DNA of 64,000 nt from a bacterium (GTDB lineage Bacteria; Zhuqueibacterota; Zhuqueibacteria; Oceanimicrobiales; Oceanimicrobiaceae): the NCBI GenBank assembly GCA_046757025.1, contig JBHHXN010000010.1, positions 1 through 64,000 of the forward strand, written 5' to 3'. Made by a program: the position numbers and the translations under genes. Below are positions 51,232 to 61,053 of the stretch, in pieces. A model generated the notes under the pieces. It was not told the DNA's origin. It made no database searches and saw only the letters and a program-made list of their open reading frames with translations. How positions within the stretch are numbered: position 1 is the stretch's first letter; each line of letters starts with the position of its first letter.

Positions 51232-53826
51232 TTAAACTTTTGTCATCTGAATGATCAACAAAGTGTAATCATCTACCCGCGCCTCACCTTGATAGAAAGA
51301 TTCTATTTCTTCGGTAAGAGAGACTAATATTTCGTCGGCACTTTTACCGCGCAGCGCTTGTAAACTTTCCCTGAATCGGTCCTCACCAAAAAACTGCATG
51401 CCCTCCTCGGAGGGATTCGTGCGGGCGGCTTCAATCACGCCATCAGTGTAAAATATGATCGAATCCCCTTCTCCCAACAGTATCGTCCCTTCTTCCAGAT
51501 TTTTTTCAAACAAATCCCCAATTCGTTCCAGTCCGATTCCCAAACCGTTAAAACCGATTTCACGGATTTCTCCACGCTTGCGCCCAGGCAAATGAACGGG
51601 CAAGGTGTGCCCCGCACGAACAAATTTAACGGTTTTGGCACGAGTATCGAGCACCCCCACAATCGCCGTCACAAATACTTGCCGGTCCACACGTGAACTG
51701 GAAAAATATTGATTCAACCGCAGCACCACCTCTCTTGGATTTTCCGTAAATTGCGGAGAGTAGCGAATGAGACTGATACACTGGGCCATATAAAACGCCG
51801 CCGAAGTGCCCTTGCCGGAAACGTCGCCAATAGTAAACAGATACTTATCTTCACTCAAAGGCAAAATATCGTAAAAATCTCCCCCCACCTCGTTGGCCGT
51901 CTCGAGGGTGGCGGCAATCTGAAAGCCGCGTATTTCGGGTAAATTGCGGGGAAGCAAATCGAGTTGCACTTGCCGGGCAATGGTCAGCTCGTGTGCCAGA
52001 CGCTCTTTTTCTCGCGCCTCGGCGATGGAGTCTTTCAATTTGTCCCCCATCTGGTTGAACCGCTCCGCAAATTCCACAAACTCATCGTTTCCCTCCAATT
52101 TGACTTTGTAATCCAAATTGCCGGTGGAAATTTCACGAATACCAACTTTCAATTGATTTACTTTATGCACAATTATTTGGTTAATCTCCGAGCCAAATTT
52201 TATCATACGACGGGTGACGAGAAGATTAACCAGCGCATAAATTCCTAACAATAACAAAAAGTAACTAATTAACGCGGTGGAAAAAAAGGCTATATTGGGA
52301 ATGGCTAAAATATCAAACGCAAAATACCCTTGTGGCTGGAACTTCGCATCCATTAGCGGACTGATCACTCTTCCGATGGTAAAACGATTGTTCCCGGCAA
52401 GGATGCGATTTATCTTTGTTACCCACTCCGCCTGGCTCACTTCCGACTCGCCAAATGGTACCGCCAAGGATGAGTAAGCCGTGTGGGGGGTCAAGCCAAA
52501 TGGGAAAATGCGAAAATGATGCTTGGCGATCCTATTCGACAATTTATAAAAATAAGATTCCCACTGAGACGGATGGTAAGGGTAAGCAAACAGATACGAG
52601 CCGGCCAAAATCGAGGTGTTTTCAGAAACCGTCCGGAGAAAATGGCTGTCCAGTTTCACAAAATAAACTAATTCTTCCTCAATTTCAGGCGATTTAAAAA
52701 ACAACAAAAAAGCTTCCTTTTCCTCATTTAGGTCTTCCCGGGGTTGCTTTATTTCCACAATGCCCATATCTGGAATATTTTCGGTTAGCTGGACGGGCTC
52801 GTAGCCTTTAATCTGTAAAACAGTGGAAGATTGATTGGCTGGTAAAATAAATAGATCCAAGCTCCTTTCCACTTCACCATAAGCAATTTTTTCACACTGT
52901 TCCAGGACTGTGTTACGCATTTTATCCGCTTGCAGCCCGGCAACGAGAAAATAAAAAATCAACAGCAGCATGATTAGTTGAATAAACTGCGGAAAAGTTG
53001 ATTGAAACAATCCCGCAATTTTCAATTTACGGGAAAGACGGGCGAAATTATAGATGAGCACGACGGGAATTTTAACCAGCAGCGCAATCAGATATATTTT
53101 AAATGACAAATAAATAAACCTTGGTAGTCCATACCAGACTATAGATGCATTCAAGCCGTGAATTTCACTGGATTGAAAGGGATTCAGTCCGGAAAAATAT
53201 TTGAGTAAAATATAAACCGCAATTAAGTAAATCCAGCATTCAACGCGGGTCAATTCTTCTAACCATGCCGTTTTTTTCAACAGAAAAATAAATAGAATAA
53301 CCTGACAAATAAACACGTAAAAAAGGCTTTCACTGTAAAACACATTTATGGTTAATATTCCCAAAAGAATAAATGAAATCAAAACGCCTTTTTTTCCCTG
53401 GCTGTTTTGTACCAATATCAAACTAAAAATCAAAGTTAAAAAAGCTAACAGCAAATTTTGTATGATTTTAATTAATAAGCTGGAATGGTTAATTAAACCC
53501 CAACCGCTGGCGGACGTCGAATTGACCGATTTTAACACCAGTGATTCAATTAAAAAGCAAAAAAAGAATAAGATTATTAGCAATTCATTGGGAGGAGCAA
53601 GTGGAAGGAGTTTTTCGGAAATTAATTTAATCCAAAAAAAGATTAAAACGCCCAGAAAGATCAAACTAAAATTGGACGACAGAAGATCAAAAGAAAAGAC
53701 GACAGCAAATAAAAAGAAGCAACCGATTAAATAAAATAGAAACCCTCTATTCAATACGTCCTTCGATCTAACACTCTGGATAAATTGACCAATCCTTGCA
53801 CCAACCTGAAAATGAGTATCTGGCAT
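51232..53826 (-). CDS. Membrane protein with HAMP and SpoIIE/PP2C phosphatase domains
   Basis: DEF..FAERFNQM HAMP; VGGDFYD, GDVSGKG, YTDG, DDYT motifs; multiple N-terminal TMs. Confidence 0.93.
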   Translation of the reverse strand: MPDTHFQVGARIGQFIQSVRSKDVLNRGFLFYLIGCFFLFAVVFSFDLLSSNFSLIFLGVLIFFWIKLISEKLLPLAPPNELLIILFFFCFLIESLVLKSVNSTSASGWGLINHSSLLIKIIQNLLLAFLTLIFSLILVQNSQGKKGVLISFILLGILTINVFYSESLFYVFICQVILFIFLLKKTAWLEELTRVECWIYLIAVYILLKYFSGLNPFQSSEIHGLNASIVWYGLPRFIYLSFKIYLIALLVKIPVVLIYNFARLSRKLKIAGLFQSTFPQFIQLIMLLLIFYFLVAGLQADKMRNTVLEQCEKIAYGEVERSLDLFILPANQSSTVLQIKGYEPVQLTENIPDMGIVEIKQPREDLNEEKEAFLLFFKSPEIEEELVYFVKLDSHFLRTVSENTSILAGSYLFAYPYHPSQWESYFYKLSNRIAKHHFRIFPFGLTPHTAYSSLAVPFGESEVSQAEWVTKINRILAGNNRFTIGRVISPLMDAKFQPQGYFAFDILAIPNIAFFSTALISYFLLLLGIYALVNLLVTRRMIKFGSEINQIIVHKVNQLKVGIREISTGNLDYKVKLEGNDEFVEFAERFNQMGDKLKDSIAEAREKERLAHELTIARQVQLDLLPRNLPEIRGFQIAATLETANEVGGDFYDILPLSEDKYLFTIGDVSGKGTSAAFYMAQCISLIRYSPQFTENPREVVLRLNQYFSSSRVDRQVFVTAIVGVLDTRAKTVKFVRAGHTLPVHLPGRKRGEIREIGFNGLGIGLERIGDLFEKNLEEGTILLGEGDSIIFYTDGVIEAARTNPSEEGMQFFGEDRFRESLQALRGKSADEILVSLTEEIESFYQGEARVDDYTLLIIQMTKV

Positions 53827-54011
53827 AGCGGGATTCGATTTATATTAAATTACCTGTTTGAATTAATTTACCACCATTGTACAATTTTTACAAGGAAGGA
53901 TTTGTGGATTCCCAACACTGGTAGAAGATTAATCCGGCATCTAAGCACTCAGCTATCACATTGAATTTGAGCTTGATCGCAATTTATTGAGATAGTTATT
54001 TTACCGGGGCG

Positions 54012-56450
54012 CTACAAAACTTTGATGACTACCATCGTCATATCGTCGTGCTGTGGATGATTTCCCACAAATTGATTCACTGCTCGCACCACTTTTTGAA
54101 TAATGACGTTGGCGGAAAAATCTTTGTTTTGCGAAATAGTCGAAATCAATCGATCTTCCCCATATTCGTCGCCGTTTTTAGTGGTGGCCTCCGTGAAGCC
54201 GTCGGTGTAAAAAGTCAGGACGTCGCCGCTTACTAATTGAATTTCGTGCTCTTCCAGAAAGCTGTAAAACTTTTCGCCCTTCTCAAGCCCCACCGCAATG
54301 CCTTTTGGTTCCAGCAATCTATTTGAATCACTGCCGCGCTGAGCTAAAATTGCCGGATTGTGTCCGGCCCTGGAAAATCGGATGGTGTGCTGCTCCATAT
54401 CGATGACTGCGTAAAACATACTCACAAATGTGTTGCGCTCGATATTGTCGTACATTTGCCAGTTTAATTTATTTAACACTTCTTTTGGCGAAACCACCTC
54501 GCCGGCGTGGGATTGTAAAATGCCTTTGGTCAACGTCATATAAATGGCCGCTGGAACGCCTTTGCCAGAGACATCGCCGATGGCAATGCCGAATTTTCCG
54601 TTTCCCAAATGGAAAAAATCGTAATAGTCGCCGCCAACCTCCAGGGCGGGAATGCAGATGCCGGCGATGTCATATCCTTCAATCAGTGGATTTTTTTTGG
54701 GTAGCAGACTCATTTGCACATTGCGAGCAATCTCCAGCTCCTGTGCCATGCGCTCCCGTTCGGAGATGCGGCGGATATGTGATGGAGTCAATTCCGGCGT
54801 AAATTCAACTTTGTCTTTTTTAATATAGCCAATCACCGCCAAAACAAGTGGAACACTCAACATTCCCAGGAACAACAGACTATGAAAATGATGAAATGGC
54901 GAACTTGCTGCCAGTATGGGGACGGCATAAGTCAAAGCTAAAACCACAAAATTGGCAAAGATAGCTGTTAACAAATCGTATTTTACCAAAATCCATCCTA
55001 ACCCCACACTGATCAAAAAATATAGTGGGAAAAGTAAAGCAAAGTGGATAAAGCCTAAAGGAAAATCCCACAAAATAAATGCCACCAGCATCCACAGAAA
55101 GGAAGACACAAGAATGCCAGGCCAGGTCTTTTTTGTTTTTTCTCGTAACCATGAAATAAAAAATAAACGGAACACAATTTCATTGAGTATGGCCACACGC
55201 AGAGCTAAAAAAATCGCGCTTACGGATGGAGAAAATGATTCCGGTACGCCGTTTAATAACGGAATGGTGTACAAACCAAAATTCATCTGAGATGCGACTA
55301 TGGCAGCGGTACCGTAAACCAATCCCAGGAAAAGCAATCCAAATGAATAGCCGCGGGTTACCGCGTTGGCCAATTCCAGGGTAAACGGTTTTCTTTGAAT
55401 CAAGCCGTCCACGGCTTTTAGTACTTTGTTCCAGCCCCGGCGAGCAGAAGACTCGCCAACACTCCAGGCGGCAAACACCATGGCCGCCAGAAACGCTTGC
55501 ACAATGAACACCGAAATGACGAAGAAGATGATTCTTACGTTGAAGCGATTCACATCTCCAATGGTAGAGCCATATCCAATCGTCGTAAATTTCAACATAT
55601 ATTCGAGCAAAATGAATGCAAATAAAATGACAAAAACACCTATGGCAGTTCTAATGCCGACTTCCCCTTCATGGTATTTTTTTAGAAATAAGGCAATCAC
55701 AAAAACCAAAAGCACAAATGTGGCGATGGAAGAGGCTGTGATTATAAACGTGACGTAGGTTTCCACTTTACTGCCTGCGCTGCGAAAGGCTTGGGGAGCT
55801 TGAAGATCATATCGGAAACCACCGATTTTATCTCCCTGCACCCTCACCCAATATTTAGGCACCATGTTGAAAACTGAATCTTTTCGAGTCCATTTGAAAA
55901 AGAAATCCCTGCGATTGATATGCTGATTAGCAGTCGAGCTTTCCAGCTCAAACCTATCAATGTCCAGCCCTTTTTCAATTAAGAAATTTTGTGCAATGTT
56001 TTTTGCCTCGTCTTCTTCAATTGAGTTCATGATAACCGTATCCGGCAAAATATGTGTAAAACCCAGAAATTGGCCGGTGGGAGAAATCCAGACCCTGAAT
56101 CGATGTCGCATCTGGCTGGGGGCCTGTTTTCTGTTGAAAAAATAGATGTTCCAGTAGTGTGCCGAAAGGGTGTCCGCACGCAGAATTTTGTTGGCGGTTA
56201 CCAAACCTAACTCATTTTGAAGATAAAAAGCAATTCCGGAATCAAAAGTAAAATTGGCGTCGGCGTCCTGCTTCGCTGTTTGATAATCGAGCTCGGCAAG
56301 ATATTCTCGGGCAAGTTTGATCACTTCTTTGCGGGTTAATATTAAATCCATTGAGGCCAACGGAGAATAATTATCAAAAAGATAAAAAAATACTCCTCCA
56401 CCAACAACGCCAAGGAGAACAATGACAATCAACGACTTCAGATTCGACAT
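54012..56450 (-). CDS. Membrane protein with extracytoplasmic domain, CPBP/Abi-like TM bundle and SpoIIE/PP2C phosphatase
   Basis: VGGDYYD, GDVSGKG, YTDG, DDMT motifs; NEIVFR in the TM region. Confidence 0.92.
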   Translation of the reverse strand: MSNLKSLIVIVLLGVVGGGVFFYLFDNYSPLASMDLILTRKEVIKLAREYLAELDYQTAKQDADANFTFDSGIAFYLQNELGLVTANKILRADTLSAHYWNIYFFNRKQAPSQMRHRFRVWISPTGQFLGFTHILPDTVIMNSIEEDEAKNIAQNFLIEKGLDIDRFELESSTANQHINRRDFFFKWTRKDSVFNMVPKYWVRVQGDKIGGFRYDLQAPQAFRSAGSKVETYVTFIITASSIATFVLLVFVIALFLKKYHEGEVGIRTAIGVFVILFAFILLEYMLKFTTIGYGSTIGDVNRFNVRIIFFVISVFIVQAFLAAMVFAAWSVGESSARRGWNKVLKAVDGLIQRKPFTLELANAVTRGYSFGLLFLGLVYGTAAIVASQMNFGLYTIPLLNGVPESFSPSVSAIFLALRVAILNEIVFRLFFISWLREKTKKTWPGILVSSFLWMLVAFILWDFPLGFIHFALLFPLYFLISVGLGWILVKYDLLTAIFANFVVLALTYAVPILAASSPFHHFHSLLFLGMLSVPLVLAVIGYIKKDKVEFTPELTPSHIRRISERERMAQELEIARNVQMSLLPKKNPLIEGYDIAGICIPALEVGGDYYDFFHLGNGKFGIAIGDVSGKGVPAAIYMTLTKGILQSHAGEVVSPKEVLNKLNWQMYDNIERNTFVSMFYAVIDMEQHTIRFSRAGHNPAILAQRGSDSNRLLEPKGIAVGLEKGEKFYSFLEEHEIQLVSGDVLTFYTDGFTEATTKNGDEYGEDRLISTISQNKDFSANVIIQKVVRAVNQFVGNHPQHDDMTMVVIKVL

Positions 56451-56644
56451 GAAACGCCTTTCCTGATATTAAATTGATGTCAAAAACCATTTCGATCAAA
56501 TACGTTTTCCTATTCTAACTAGTTGCAAAAGTGTTCGGAAGCGAGAGTGGAATTTGTGGGGTAAATCTTTTCGCAACTATTTTGGCGAAGCCAAATTCGT
56601 TTTTGAGATTTGATTTTGATGCCCTAGTTAAAAATATATTCCAA

Positions 56645-56675
56645 GAAAAAAAGCCCATTTGAAAAATGAGCTTTT
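56645..56675 (-). terminator. Rho-independent terminator of the tRNA/gltX unit
   Basis: Minus strand aaaagctcattt-ttc-aaatgggctttt followed by further T residues. Confidence 0.75.
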
Positions 56676-56687
56676 AGATTGCGGAGG

Positions 56688-56761
56688 TACGCCCGGAAGG
56701 ATTCGAACCCTCAACCCTCTGATCCGAAGTCAGATGCTCTGTCCAGTTGAGCTACGAGCGC
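56688..56761 (-). tRNA. tRNA-Arg(UCG)
   Basis: Cloverleaf GCGCTCG...CGGGCGT-A; anticodon loop CT-TCG-GA; GGTTCGAATCC T-arm. Confidence 0.95.
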
Positions 56762-56768
56762 ATGGTTG

Positions 56769-56839
56769 CTGGGGTGCAGGGATTCGAACCCCGATTACAC
56801 GATCCAGAGTCGCGTGTCCTGCCGTTGGACGACACCCCA
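56769..56839 (-). tRNA. tRNA-Gln(CUG)
   Basis: TGGGGTG...CACCCCA-G; anticodon loop CT-CTG-GA. Confidence 0.95.
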
Positions 56840-56857
56840 GATTCACACCTCAACATA

Positions 56858-58318
56858 CTACTCGCTGGTTTCCTGTTCTACCGCTTCATTTTTAGTCAAG
56901 TACTCAACTACTTTTTTAAGGCGCGCAATCACCGCTTTTTTTCCCAACATTTCCATAATTTCGAACAATCCTGGACTCACGGTTCTGCCTGTTATGGCTA
57001 ATCTGGTCGGATGGATAATCCCGGCTGCGCTGATCTCCCACTCAAGGGCCAGAGCTCTCAGAATCCTTTCGACATTATCCGCAGTAAAATTTTCCAGGAT
57101 ATTCAGACGCTCAATCAATTGCACGAATTTGTCGGCCTGAGCCGGATCCTGCCAGAATTTTTCCATGCCTTTCTGGTCAAATTCTTCGGGCTGGTGAAAG
57201 AAATACTTCGACATGGTCACAAATTCCACCAGGCGTCGGGCGCGGGTCTTCAGGAGCCGGATAATCTTCAACAAATAATCGCGATTTTTTTGAGCAAATT
57301 GCTCGGTAGTTAGTCCAGCATTTATCAGCTCCGGCAGCAGTATTTGCAGTAAGGATTCGTCGCTCATCGCCATCAAATACTGTCCGTTCATCCACAGCAA
57401 TTTCTTTTCATCAAACACCGCGCTTTTTTTCATGATACCCTTTAATGAAAAGGCCTGGATCAAATCTTCTTTGGAAAATAATTCCCGGTCATCACCGGTA
57501 GACCAACCCAAAAGCGCCAAAAAATTGAACATGGCGTCCGGCAAATAGCCGGCTTTTTGATATTCTGTCATTGCCGTGGCCCCATGGCGCTTGCTCAACC
57601 TCTGACGGTCGGGACCTAAAATCAATGGTACATGCACAAATATTGGGCACTTCCACCCCATTGCTTCATACAACAGCACGTGTTTTGGGGTGTTTGAAAG
57701 ATGATCTTCACCACGAATAACGTGGGTGATTTGCATCTCATGATCATCCACTACCACCGCTAAATGGTAAGTCGGATTTCGGTCAGACCGCAGAATTATA
57801 AAATCATCCAATTGCGAATTCTTTACCTGGATGTCGCCATAAATTTGATCGGTAAATGAAGTTATGCCGGCCTTCACTTTGAACCTGATCACGAATGTTT
57901 GATTATCTCGTTCGCGCTGCGCGATTTCTTCACCGGTCAAATTTAAACAGGCACGGTCATATTTATACTCACCCTTGTTTTTTTCTGCCCTTTCTCGCAA
58001 TTCCCGCAATCGTTCAGGTGAGCAAAAGCATTTATACGCCGCACCTTGTTCAACAAGCATGAATGCAAATTTACGATAAATTTCAAACCGAGAGGATTGA
58101 TACAGGGGCGATTCATCCCAGGTTAATCCAAGCCACTGCAATCCCTGAAATATGGCGTCAACTTGCGCAGTTTGAGAGCGGACGACATCGGTATCTTCGA
58201 TTCGCAGTAAAAATCGCCCCCCCTGTTTTCGAGCATACAGCCAATTGAAAATAGCCGTGCGGGCCCCCCCCACATGAAGATATCCTGTGGGACTGGGTGC
58301 AAACCTTACACGAACCAT
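56858..58318 (-). CDS. gltX: Glutamyl-tRNA synthetase
   Basis: RFAPSPTGYLHVGG, RIEDTD, LSKR motifs. Confidence 0.98.
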   Translation of the reverse strand: MVRVRFAPSPTGYLHVGGARTAIFNWLYARKQGGRFLLRIEDTDVVRSQTAQVDAIFQGLQWLGLTWDESPLYQSSRFEIYRKFAFMLVEQGAAYKCFCSPERLRELRERAEKNKGEYKYDRACLNLTGEEIAQRERDNQTFVIRFKVKAGITSFTDQIYGDIQVKNSQLDDFIILRSDRNPTYHLAVVVDDHEMQITHVIRGEDHLSNTPKHVLLYEAMGWKCPIFVHVPLILGPDRQRLSKRHGATAMTEYQKAGYLPDAMFNFLALLGWSTGDDRELFSKEDLIQAFSLKGIMKKSAVFDEKKLLWMNGQYLMAMSDESLLQILLPELINAGLTTEQFAQKNRDYLLKIIRLLKTRARRLVEFVTMSKYFFHQPEEFDQKGMEKFWQDPAQADKFVQLIERLNILENFTADNVERILRALALEWEISAAGIIHPTRLAITGRTVSPGLFEIMEMLGKKAVIARLKKVVEYLTKNEAVEQETSE

Positions 58319-58389
58319 AAAAACCTTGCGTAAAAATTAACCATCGCAGAATCCATTAAATCTTGAAAAAAATTTAAAGCATAAAAAAG

Positions 58390-58477
58390 CGGAGAGGCTG
58401 GGATTCGAACCCAGGGTAGACACAAAGCCTACAACGGCTTAGCAGGCCGCTGCCTTCAACCACTCGGCCACCTCTCC
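58390..58477 (-). tRNA. tRNA-Ser(GCU)
   Basis: GGAGAGG...CCTCTCC-G; loop CT-GCT-AA; long variable arm. Confidence 0.95.
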
Positions 58478-58524
58478 GAATAGAATCGATTTTTTGAAGC
58501 ACTATCAAATTTTTCAAACAACAG

Positions 58525-58608
58525 CGGAGGGCGAGGGATTCGAACCCCCAAGGGCGTACACCCGGCGGTTTTCAAGACCGCTGTCTTACCAATTAGATCT
58601 AGCCCTCC
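58525..58608 (-). tRNA. tRNA-Ser(UGA)
   Basis: GGAGGGC...GCCCTCC-G; loop CT-TGA-AA; long variable arm. Confidence 0.93.
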
Positions 58609-58630
58609 TTAAAATAAATCAGGCGGCCAA

Positions 58631-58659
58631 AATATAAACATTTTTCTCAAATATGTCAA
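58631..58659 (-). promoter_or_regulatory. Sigma70 promoter of the tRNA-Ser/gltX unit with GC-rich discriminator
   Basis: TTGACA-N17-TATATT followed by ttggccgcc. Confidence 0.75.
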
Positions 58660-58689
58660 CTGCTTTTTGAAACCAATTCTAGCAATTGA

Positions 58690-59772
58690 TTACACTTTTA
58701 CAAAATATTTTCCGGCCAATTGCTTGACTAAATTTTTCAATTCTAAAGACAACAGCACAGCCAGCGCTTTTGCAGTGTTTTGATTTAATTTTAAGGCAAG
58801 TGCATCGATATGTATGGGTTCATGCGACAAAAAAGAGAACACTTTTTTTTCGTCATCATTTAAATCGATATCCTCATGGCTGGTCTGCTTTCTTTGCTGA
58901 AACAACGGTAATTGTGGCTGCAGTTCTTCAAGAATGTCATCTACCGAAGCAACCAGTTTGGCACCCTGTTTAATGAGCGCATTTGTGCCGACACTGTTCG
59001 GGCTGTCGATATTGCCGGGCACCGCAAATACTTCACGGTTTTGCTCCACAGCCATGGCCGCGGTAATGAGGGCGCCACTTTTCATGCCGGCTTCGATGAC
59101 TAACGTGCCCAAACTCATACCGCAAATAATTCGATTCCTGCGAGGAAAATTCATCCAGTCCGGTTTCGCCCCCATGGGGTATTCCGAAAGGATGGCGCCA
59201 CTCTCAGCAATCCTCTCTGCAAGATTTTTATTCTCATAAGGATAAATTACATCCGCGCCCGAACCCAAAATAGCCAGCGTTCGCACCCCTGATTTTAAAG
59301 CAGTATTGTGCGCCAGAGTATCTATGCCGTAGGCCAAACCACTGACGATTGTGAAGCCTTGATTGGCCAATTCGGCAGTCAATTTTTCAGTCATGATTCT
59401 ACCGTAATTGCTCGGGGAACGAGTACCAACGATTCCGATAGCAAAATTATCACTTTGAAGCAAAGTGCCACGAATGAACAAAAGGACCGGAGGATCAAAA
59501 ATCTGTTTCAGCGGCTCAGGGTATTCATTATCCCAAAAAGTGATCAACCGGACGCCGCAGTTTTGCATTTTTTCAATTTGTAAACGCGCATTTTCCTGGC
59601 CATCATATTCGGCAATGTTTTCCGCGGTTTTTTGACCAACCACCGAAGCCAAACGATCGAATGAAGCCTGAAAGACATTTTGAGGAGAGCCAAATTTGCT
59701 GATGAGCGCCCGCAATTTATTGGGCCCGACCCCTGGAACGAAATGCAGCCTTAGCAACGCTTGAAGGTCCAT
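58690..59772 (-). CDS. dprA: DNA-processing protein DprA
   Basis: IVGTR, VSGLAYGID, FPRRNRII, SGALITA, EVFAVPG motifs. Confidence 0.97.
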   Translation of the reverse strand: MDLQALLRLHFVPGVGPNKLRALISKFGSPQNVFQASFDRLASVVGQKTAENIAEYDGQENARLQIEKMQNCGVRLITFWDNEYPEPLKQIFDPPVLLFIRGTLLQSDNFAIGIVGTRSPSNYGRIMTEKLTAELANQGFTIVSGLAYGIDTLAHNTALKSGVRTLAILGSGADVIYPYENKNLAERIAESGAILSEYPMGAKPDWMNFPRRNRIICGMSLGTLVIEAGMKSGALITAAMAVEQNREVFAVPGNIDSPNSVGTNALIKQGAKLVASVDDILEELQPQLPLFQQRKQTSHEDIDLNDDEKKVFSFLSHEPIHIDALALKLNQNTAKALAVLLSLELKNLVKQLAGKYFVKV

Positions 59773-59787
59773 TGGTGGCTTTACATT

Positions 59788-60780
59788 TTATGATTTTTCT
59801 TCATCAACGGTTCGCAGCATTTTCCAGATTAAATCCTTCAATTCCGACAACCCTTCACCAGTAAAACTCGATATTTTACAGACCGGCTGGTTGCCGTCAT
59901 TTTTCAATACACTCAAATCAACTTCCACACCGATATCGATTTTTGACAGCGCAATGATATGAGGTCGATCCAACAAATTTGCATTGTAGTTTATCAGTTC
60001 ATTATTTAAGGTCAGAAAATCAGTCTTTAAATCCTCGCTGTTACAATCAATTAAGTACACCAGAATTTTTGTTCTCTCAATATGGCGCAAAAATTCTATG
60101 CCCAAACCTTTTCCAGAATGCGCTCCTTCGATCAAGCCGGGAATGTCGGCCATGACAAAGCTGCCAAACTCACGGTAATTCACGATTCCTAAATTAGGTT
60201 TCAACGTGGTGAAGGGATAATCGGCAATTTTAGGCGTAGCAGCTGAAAGTTTTGATAAGAGGGTGGACTTACCGGCGTTGGGCGCTCCAACCAATCCCAC
60301 ATCGGCGATCAATTTGAGCTCCAACTCAAGAATTTTTTCTTCTCCAAATTCACCTTTCTCCCAGGTGCGAGGGGCTTGGTTAGTGGCGCTGACAAACCGT
60401 GCATTGCCGCGTCCACCTTTGCCGCCCTTCGCCACCAGAATTCTTTGACCTGCCGTAACTAAATCCCCCAAAAGCTCGCCGGTTTCATAATTTTTAACCA
60501 ACGTTCCAACCGGTACCCGAATGAATATATCCTTGCCGTTTTTACCATGCTTATTGCTGCCCTTGCCATGCTCAGCTCGCTTGGCTCTGAAATTGGGATG
60601 ATAATGGAAATCGAGCAGGGTAGAGAGCTTGTCATCGGCTATTAAGATGACATCTCCACCTTTACCACCATCACCGCCATCCGGTCCGCCTTTGGGATTG
60701 TATTTTTCCCGCCGGAAACTCAAACACCCACTGCCGCCATCACCGGATTTTACACGTATTTTAGCATGATCGACAAACAT
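59788..60780 (-). CDS. obgE: GTPase ObgE/CgtA
   Basis: GGPDGGDGG, G.PNAGKS, YPFTT, DIPG motifs. Confidence 0.98.
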   Translation of the reverse strand: MFVDHAKIRVKSGDGGSGCLSFRREKYNPKGGPDGGDGGKGGDVILIADDKLSTLLDFHYHPNFRAKRAEHGKGSNKHGKNGKDIFIRVPVGTLVKNYETGELLGDLVTAGQRILVAKGGKGGRGNARFVSATNQAPRTWEKGEFGEEKILELELKLIADVGLVGAPNAGKSTLLSKLSAATPKIADYPFTTLKPNLGIVNYREFGSFVMADIPGLIEGAHSGKGLGIEFLRHIERTKILVYLIDCNSEDLKTDFLTLNNELINYNANLLDRPHIIALSKIDIGVEVDLSVLKNDGNQPVCKISSFTGEGLSELKDLIWKMLRTVDEEKS

Positions 60781-60813
60781 TGGTACGGCACTACCCGAAT
60801 CGTGGTCTATTTA

Positions 60814-60945
60814 GTGATTGACCGAAAACAGCTTTTTCATGTCATTCCTGCAAGTTTTTAGCCGGAATCTCTTGCCTGAAATGAGGAGATTCCAGCACAA
60901 AAGATCGCTGGAATGACATAAAGAATCGAGTTTTCGGTCAATCAC
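60814..60945. mobile_element. Element with family-A ends and an unrelated REP-doublet cargo
   Basis: Perfect 16-bp TIR gtgattgaccgaaaac / gttttcggtcaatcac; perfect 6-bp TSD tattta; internal gtcattcc...ggaatct and agattcc...ggaatgac. Confidence 0.92.
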
Positions 60946-61053
60946 TATTTAGGAAAATTAAAATGGATTAGTAACTTAAATGTGAATTACTCGGTACGGA
61001 AGGGACGTTCAAACGAATTCTAATCAAATATCAGTTGATAAATAAATTTCATT

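Noticed and set aside
56659..57140. Plus-strand ORFs over the tRNA genes and gltX 3' end
   Set aside because: Antisense shadows of tRNA and coding sequence.
58525..58608. tRNA with TGA in the anticodon loop as a possible tRNA-Sec
   Set aside because: Anticodon UGA reads Ser UCA codons; tRNA-Sec needs UCA and an 8-bp acceptor stem.
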